DNA of 64,000 bases from Gaiellaceae bacterium. GTDB lineage: Bacteria > Actinomycetota > Thermoleophilia > Gaiellales > Gaiellaceae. Made by a program: the position numbers and the translations under genes. Within the stretch, counting starts at the first letter, position 1. Each line of letters opens with the position of its first letter. Below, one piece after another: positions 59,456 through 64,000 of this stretch. Location: positions 14,460 through 78,459 of the forward strand of contig DATKQT010000035.1 of NCBI GenBank assembly GCA_035532535.1, written 5' to 3'. The notes under the pieces are model-generated. The model did not search any database and was not told the origin of the DNA. It saw only the letters and a list, made by a program, of their open reading frames with translations.

Positions 59456-60024
59456 CTCTCGGCCCCGAGCGTCGCCACGACCGCTTCCGCGATCACCTTC
59501 AAGGGCCGCCCCGACACCTGGCTCGCCTTGCGCAGCCGGGCGAACGCGTCCTGCTCGGAAAGATGCTCCTTCTCCATCAGGAGGCCTTTTGCCCGCTCGA
59601 TCACCTTGCGCGAAGCGAGCGCCTCGGCGAGCGACTCAGCTTCCTCGCGCACCGCTTGCAGCTCGTCGTGGCGGGCACGCGCGGCCGCGATCGCCGGCAG
59701 AAGATCCTGTTCGCGGAACGGCTTCACGAGATAGCCGAACACCCCCGCCTCGACGGCACGGGAGACGAGCTCATCCTGACCGTAGGCGGTGAGCATCACG
59801 ATCGGGATGGGGCGCTCGTCCAGGATCCGGCGCGCGGCCTCGATCCCGTCCACGTTCGGCATCTTCACGTCCATGATCGCAAGGTCGGGCTCCTCGGATC
59901 GCGCGAGCGCGACCGCCTCTTCGCCGTCGCGCGCCTCGGCGCACACCTCGAACCCGGCGCGAACGAGCATCTCCGTGAGATCGAGACGGATGATCGTCTC
60001 GTCTTCGGCAACGAGGATCCTCAT
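59452..60024 (-). CDS. pdtaR: ANTAR-domain response regulator (PdtaR-like RNA-binding antiterminator)
   Basis: ATG 60024 overlaps the upstream stop (ATGA). REC domain (MRILVAEDE.., LAIMDVKMPNVDG) plus ANTAR (RKVIERAKGLLMEKEHLSEQDAFARLRKASQVSGRPLKVIAEAV). Confidence 0.9.
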   Translation of the reverse strand: MRILVAEDETIIRLDLTEMLVRAGFEVCAEARDGEEAVALARSEEPDLAIMDVKMPNVDGIEAARRILDERPIPIVMLTAYGQDELVSRAVEAGVFGYLVKPFREQDLLPAIAAARARHDELQAVREEAESLAEALASRKVIERAKGLLMEKEHLSEQDAFARLRKASQVSGRPLKVIAEAVVATLGAES

Positions 60025-60575
60025 GCGGCCATCGTCGCATTGCGAAGCCGAATGCCGCTGAAGTCGAGCGTCGACGCGATCACGCGCTGCCACAGTGCCG
60101 CCAGGTCGTCGTCGACCGCGAGCTCGATGTCCGCTTTCGCGTGCCGGTCGACGAGATCGCCGAGCTCGACGAGCTCTAGCGGCTCGACCGCGGAGCGCGA
60201 GATCCAGAACCGGTCCCAACGCTCGAACGTCGGCTCGGGCAGCCGGTAGGCGAGAACTCGGGTCGTTCGCATGGGCTCGAGCCACACGGGCTCCACGATG
60301 TGCACGCGCCGGGTGCGATCCCCGCCGAGAAACGTCGCGACGTCCTGGCCGGTCGTGCCCGAATTCGCCCAGAAGGTCGCGCGGGGGCAATCGCGCGGAA
60401 ACCAGTACAGCGGCAGGTGGCGCGTATCGACCGCCCATACGAGCGGCTCATCGAGGGAGTGGCTCGGACGGTGGTGCGGCTCGAAGCGCACGATCGCGGC
60501 GACCTCGCTCACGTGCCAGAGCGCGTGCGGCCCTTCACCACGGTAGGGCGGCGCCGGCTCGATCACGCGAGACAT
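60021..60575 (-). CDS. Conserved hypothetical protein (resembles the DUF6886-type family; function unknown)
   Basis: ORF 60021..60650. I prefer ATG 60575 because the GTG-60650 extension is Pro/Gly-rich junk. Conserved-looking blocks LWHVSE..IVRFEPH, LVWAVDTRHLPLYWFPRDCPR. The family name is from memory and is not verified. Confidence 0.6.
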   Translation of the reverse strand: MSRVIEPAPPYRGEGPHALWHVSEVAAIVRFEPHHRPSHSLDEPLVWAVDTRHLPLYWFPRDCPRATFWANSGTTGQDVATFLGGDRTRRVHIVEPVWLEPMRTTRVLAYRLPEPTFERWDRFWISRSAVEPLELVELGDLVDRHAKADIELAVDDDLAALWQRVIASTLDFSGIRLRNATMAA

Positions 60576-60681
60576 TCGCCGCCAAGCCGGGACGGACGCG
60601 TCACGGTTTCCCCCGTAGCCTGACGGCTGGTGGGGTGGGAGAGGGAGCACCCACTTCGCGCGCGTCTACCTAGAAGGGTGG

Positions 60682-61053
60682 TCACGCGGCAAAGCCTCGC
60701 AGCACGGCTGCCGGCTCCGGCCAGTGCATGAGGTCGGCTGCGTCGGCCGGGCTGCACCACCGGTAGTCGTCGTGCTCCCAGTCGAGCTCGGGCTCCCACT
60801 CGGCCGGTGCGTCGACGAGAAAGCACTCGACCCTGATACCGCCGTAGTCGAACGTGTTCCCGAGCGGCTGCGGCTCCGCGACCAGGCCCGTTTCCTCGCG
60901 CAGCTCGCGGACGGCCGCGGCCGAGTACGTCTCGCCCTCCTCGACGCCGCCGGCGACGCTGTGCCAGTACGCGTCGTTCTCCGGCGAGCGATGCAGCGCG
61001 AGGAAATCGTCGCCGCGGCGGACGAAGATGAGCACCTCTTGCGTCCTCGTCAT
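60682..61053 (-). CDS. Nudix hydrolase
   Basis: ATG 61053 overlaps the pdtaS stop (ATGA). Nudix box GGVEEGETYSAAAVRELREETGL. Confidence 0.85.
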   Translation of the reverse strand: MTRTQEVLIFVRRGDDFLALHRSPENDAYWHSVAGGVEEGETYSAAAVRELREETGLVAEPQPLGNTFDYGGIRVECFLVDAPAEWEPELDWEHDDYRWCSPADAADLMHWPEPAAVLRGFAA

Positions 61054-62456
61054 CCCGGGAACACGACCTCGGCGCGCGTCCCGCCGTCGCTGCGCAGGTC
61101 GAACGAGCCCCGGAGCTCGTCGCTGACGAGCGCGCGCACGATCGAGAGGCCCGTGCCGGCACCGTGCTCGCCGGGGCCTGAACCTTCGTCGGAGATTGCG
61201 AGGACGACTTCGCCGTGACGGTGCGCCAGCTCGATGCGAACGTCGCCGGCACCGTGCTCGAGCGCGTTCTGGAGCAGCTCACTGAAGACGAGCGCGAGCG
61301 CGGTCGCCCGCTGACCGGCGAGCGACACGGCCTCCAGGCTCGCGGTGACATCGCGGCCGGCGGCGAGCCCCTGCACGAGCATGGCGCGCAGGCGGTCGAT
61401 GAGATCGGCGAGCTCGACGTCCTCGTCGCGCTGCTCGGTGAGCACTTCGTGCACCGCCGCGATGGCCAGGATGCGGTTGACGGAATGCTCGAGCGCCTCG
61501 CGCGGGTCGACGCCCTCGGCACGCGACTGCAGGCGCAGGAGCGACGCGACCGTCTGCAGATTGTTCTTCACGCGGTGATGGATCTCTTGCGCGAGCACTC
61601 CGCGCATGACGGCGCGGCCGTGCTCGAGCGCCACGGCCGCGTGGTGCGCGATCGCTTCGAGCAGAGCACGATCGTCGTCGGAGAACGGCGAGTCGCGGTC
61701 GGCGACGAGCTCGCCGATCTGGCGACTACGCCAGCGCAGCGGTGTTCGCACCGCGTGGGTCCCAGCGCGGCCTTCCGGCCAAGCGATGCGTCCATCCTCG
61801 AGAACGAGAGCGGCGCCGGTCGCGGACACTGCGTCCATCGTCGTCTTGACGATCGCCTCGAGCGACTCCTCGAGATAGAGCGACTCGGACACGGCCTCTG
61901 AGATCCGTGCGAGCGCCTCCAGCTCCGCGACGCGGCGCTGCGCCTGCGCGTACAGCTGTGCGTGCACGATCGTCTGTGCGACCTGATCGGCAATCGCCTC
62001 CACAAGGCCGATCTCGGACGCGTCGTACTCGCGTGCGACGCGCGTCCGGACGTTGAGCGCGCCTGCGAGCTTCTCGCCGTGGACGAGGATCGGGACGGCG
62101 AGGATCGACTCGTACTGCGACTCGGGCAGATTGGGAAACAGCTTGAAGCGCGGGTCGAGGTGCGCCTGCGCGGGAATCATGACGGACGCGCGCTCGGCGG
62201 CTGCGCTGCCGGTGATCCCTTCACCCGGCCGCAGTCGCGGACGCCGGGTCATCTCCTCGACGCTCGTCCCATACGTCGCCCGGAGGATGAGCTCGTCGCT
62301 GCGGTCGTCGTAGAGGTAGACGAAGCAGGCATCCGCGTGCAGCGCTTCCGCGACGCGGGTGGCGATGAGGTGGAGGACCTCCTCGAGGTCGAGCGTCGAG
62401 TTCACGGCCGCCGTCGTCTCGGTCAGCAGGCGCAGGTGCCTTTCGGTCGCCTCCAC
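61050..62456 (-). CDS. pdtaS: PdtaS-like soluble sensor histidine kinase (GAF, second GAF/PAS-like domain, HisKA_2, HATPase_c)
   Basis: 468 aa, no TM helix. The GAF domain covers roughly aa 20-170. H-box EIHHRVKNNLQTVASLLRLQ. ATP-binding domain LLQNALEHG, DEGSGPG, GTGLSIVRALV. Confidence 0.85.
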   Translation of the reverse strand: MEATERHLRLLTETTAAVNSTLDLEEVLHLIATRVAEALHADACFVYLYDDRSDELILRATYGTSVEEMTRRPRLRPGEGITGSAAAERASVMIPAQAHLDPRFKLFPNLPESQYESILAVPILVHGEKLAGALNVRTRVAREYDASEIGLVEAIADQVAQTIVHAQLYAQAQRRVAELEALARISEAVSESLYLEESLEAIVKTTMDAVSATGAALVLEDGRIAWPEGRAGTHAVRTPLRWRSRQIGELVADRDSPFSDDDRALLEAIAHHAAVALEHGRAVMRGVLAQEIHHRVKNNLQTVASLLRLQSRAEGVDPREALEHSVNRILAIAAVHEVLTEQRDEDVELADLIDRLRAMLVQGLAAGRDVTASLEAVSLAGQRATALALVFSELLQNALEHGAGDVRIELAHRHGEVVLAISDEGSGPGEHGAGTGLSIVRALVSDELRGSFDLRSDGGTRAEVVFPG

Positions 62457-62482
62457 GCGGCCAATCGTATGGGGCAGCTACG

Positions 62483-62680
62483 GTGTACCCAGTGGCCGCT
62501 GTTCAGCTCAAATGCGAGATCGACGGATGTACCGAGACGTGGAGCGTGGCATCGCCCGCGAAGATGAAGGCATCCATGGCCGAGCATCGCAAGCAGTTCC
62601 ATCCCGGCTGGGTGCAGCCTGCGCCGAAGCCGATGTCGCCGTACCGGCTCGACTACTCGCGCCGCGCCCGCAGTTTCTAG
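62483..62680 (+). CDS. Small hypothetical protein with a C-x4-C ... H-x4-H arrangement
   Basis: 65-aa ORF, or 62 aa from GTG 62492, which has TACGGT 7 nt upstream. GC3 is about 80 % by hand count. KCEIDGC...AEHRKQFH could be a zinc-knuckle-like site. Confidence 0.45.
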   Translation: MYPVAAVQLKCEIDGCTETWSVASPAKMKASMAEHRKQFHPGWVQPAPKPMSPYRLDYSRRARSF

Positions 62681-62823
62681 CGCCTGCAGGGGCCATCCGG
62701 TGCAGGACCTGAGCCTGGAGCCGCGAACTTGGCGACCGTGCCGAATCGTCCCGACCCGGCCCTAACAAACCTTTTACTCCAACCCTGCAAAAAACCTTGC
62801 AGGCCGGGCATAGCGTCTCTTAC

Positions 62824-63078
62824 ATGAGCGCCCTCGCCATCGACCTCCGCCGCACCGCCGGCTACATCGTGTCCGACCGGCACGGGCGCCTGGTGGGCAA
62901 GGTCGAGTGCCCGATGTACGGCACGGCGCCGGACGTCCCGGATGCACTCTCGGTCCGGGCCGGCCTCTTCTCCCGCCGCCGCCGCCTCGTTCCGGCCGAC
63001 ACGATCGGCCAGATCGACGGCTCGAGCGGCGTGATCGAGCTCCGCGTCGATCGCGACGCCATTCGCAGTTTCCTCTAG
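62824..63078 (+). CDS. PRC-barrel domain protein
   Basis: ATG 62824 with TAGCGT 7 nt upstream. GYIVSDRHGRLVGKVE...RRRLVPADTIGQIDGSSGVIELRVD matches the PRC-barrel pattern. Confidence 0.65.
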   Translation: MSALAIDLRRTAGYIVSDRHGRLVGKVECPMYGTAPDVPDALSVRAGLFSRRRRLVPADTIGQIDGSSGVIELRVDRDAIRSFL

Positions 63079-63107
63079 ACCGCGCGGGATCTCCTCTTAA
63101 CGACCAC

Positions 63108-63126
63108 GAGGTGCCATGAGCACCTC
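63108..63126. terminator. Hairpin between the convergent PRC-barrel gene and glnA
   Basis: GAGGTGC-CATGA-GCACCTC, a 7-bp stem in a 122-nt spacer. Confidence 0.45.
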
Positions 63127-63200
63127 GCAGTCGGCCGTCAGTTGGGCTCGTCTCCGCAGAGGGCGAGCCACGGTGATTGTTGCAGATCTGGCAAAACGGC

Positions 63201-64000
63201 CTAGAGAACAGCCAGATACTTCTTCATCTCCCATTCGGTGAGCTGGACGCGGTACTCGTCCCATTCCTTCCGCTTCAGCTCGATGTAGCGGTCGAAGATG
63301 TGCGGGCCGAGCGCCTTGCGCGCGAGCTCGGAGCGCGAGAGCTCGTCGATCGCCTCGCCCAGCGTCTCGGGCAGAGAGACGATCCCGCGCTCACGGCGCT
63401 GCTCGGGCGTGAGGTGGTAGAGGTTCGTCTCCATCGGATCGGGCAGGTCGTAGCCCTTCTCGATCCCGTCCAGGCCCGCGTGCAGCAGGCACGCGAAGGT
63501 GAGGTACGGGTTGCAGGCCGGATCGGGACAGCGCAGCTCCGCGCGGGTCGCCTGCTCGGAGCCCGGCTTGTACAGCGGGATGCGGATGAGCGCCGAGCGG
63601 TTCCGCTGCGACCAGGCGACGTAGACAGGGGCCTCGAACCCGGGCACGAGTCGCTTGTACGAGTTGACCCATTGTGCGAACACCGCCGCGATCTCTCGCG
63701 CGTGGCGGAGCTGGCCCGCGATGAACTGCTTGCCGACGTCCGACAGGTGCCACTTGTCGTCGCCGTCGAAGAACTGGTTGCGGCCGTCGGTGAAGAGGGA
63801 CTGATGTGTGTGCATGCCCGAGCCGTTTTCGCCGAACAGCGGCTTTGGCATGAAGGTCGCGTGGTAGCCGTGCTGCTTCGCGACCTCCTTCACCACGAGC
63901 CGATAGGTGAGCATGTAGTCCGCCATGTCGAGCGCGTTCGCGAAGCGGATGTCGATCTCGTGCTGCGAAGGCCCGACCTCGTGGTGGTGGTACTCGACCG
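63201..64000 (-). CDS. glnA: Glutamine synthetase type I, C-terminal part (the N-terminus lies beyond the window end)
   Basis: KPLFGENGSGMHTHQSL, NSYKRLVPGFEAP, SALIRIP, TNLYHLTPEQ. The frame stays open to nt 64000. Confidence 0.95.
   Translation of the reverse strand, partial: VEYHHHEVGPSQHEIDIRFANALDMADYMLTYRLVVKEVAKQHGYHATFMPKPLFGENGSGMHTHQSLFTDGRNQFFDGDDKWHLSDVGKQFIAGQLRHAREIAAVFAQWVNSYKRLVPGFEAPVYVAWSQRNRSALIRIPLYKPGSEQATRAELRCPDPACNPYLTFACLLHAGLDGIEKGYDLPDPMETNLYHLTPEQRRERGIVSLPETLGEAIDELSRSELARKALGPHIFDRYIELKRKEWDEYRVQLTEWEMKKYLAVL

Noticed and set aside
62784-62803. The hexaloop hairpin as an ANTAR (PdtaR) target
   Set aside because: ANTAR targets are two tandem hairpins whose hexaloops carry conserved A1 and G4. 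This loop is AAAACC (no G4), and the other hairpin has a 12-nt loop.

Overview
High-GC (roughly 70 % by eye), very gene-dense chromosomal segment that looks like Actinomycetota; the deep lineage cannot be assigned from sequence alone. I support about 62 protein-coding genes and found no rRNA, tRNA, CRISPR array, transposase, integrase or prophage genes. In order, the window contains: envelope and secreted proteins (1-4028); punA; a PAS-LuxR / peptidoglycan-binding operon; a zinc-ribbon adenylate cyclase fused to a STAND ATPase; an OmpR/HK pair; the full GlgE alpha-glucan operon glgE-treS-mak-glgB followed by ggt and glgX, with divergent malQ (10.8-22.8 kb); a 13-kb phosphate / polyphosphate / arsenic island (CYTH-CHAD, Nudix, ppx, ppk1, PAP2, phoU, pstSCAB, aquaporin-arsC, arsR, phoR-like, phoP-like; 22.9-36.2 kb); a RimK-like ligase; ctaC-ctaD-ctaB for a heme-copper oxidase; secreted proteins, an amidase, a CpsB-type phosphatase and a GH5 glycosidase; a seven-gene pentose-phosphate operon tkt-rpiB-tal-pgi-gnd-zwf-opcA (48.4-56.7 kb); an ABC-F ATPase; a six-gene pdtaS-Nudix-unknown-pdtaR-SnoaL-GNAT operon; two small genes; and the 3' part of glnA. 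I did not find a canonical defense or mobile system. The observations most worth follow-up are: (i) three exactly 11-bp-phased xTTCACC PHO-box repeats between the divergent phoR-like and phoP-like genes; (ii) PdtaS and PdtaR linked in one translationally coupled operon with a Nudix hydrolase and an uncharacterised protein; (iii) a His-rich four-helix N-terminal extension on heme O synthase plus a coupled 38-aa membrane micro-ORF; (iv) tal and pgi separated by a single in-frame TAG; (v) window-wide compaction signals, namely TANNNT hexamers 6-9 nt upstream of many start codons (leaderless-type) and five convergent gene pairs whose stop codons share a 4-bp CTAG or TTAA palindrome. All functional calls come from motif recognition by eye on the supplied translations. 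No database search was run.
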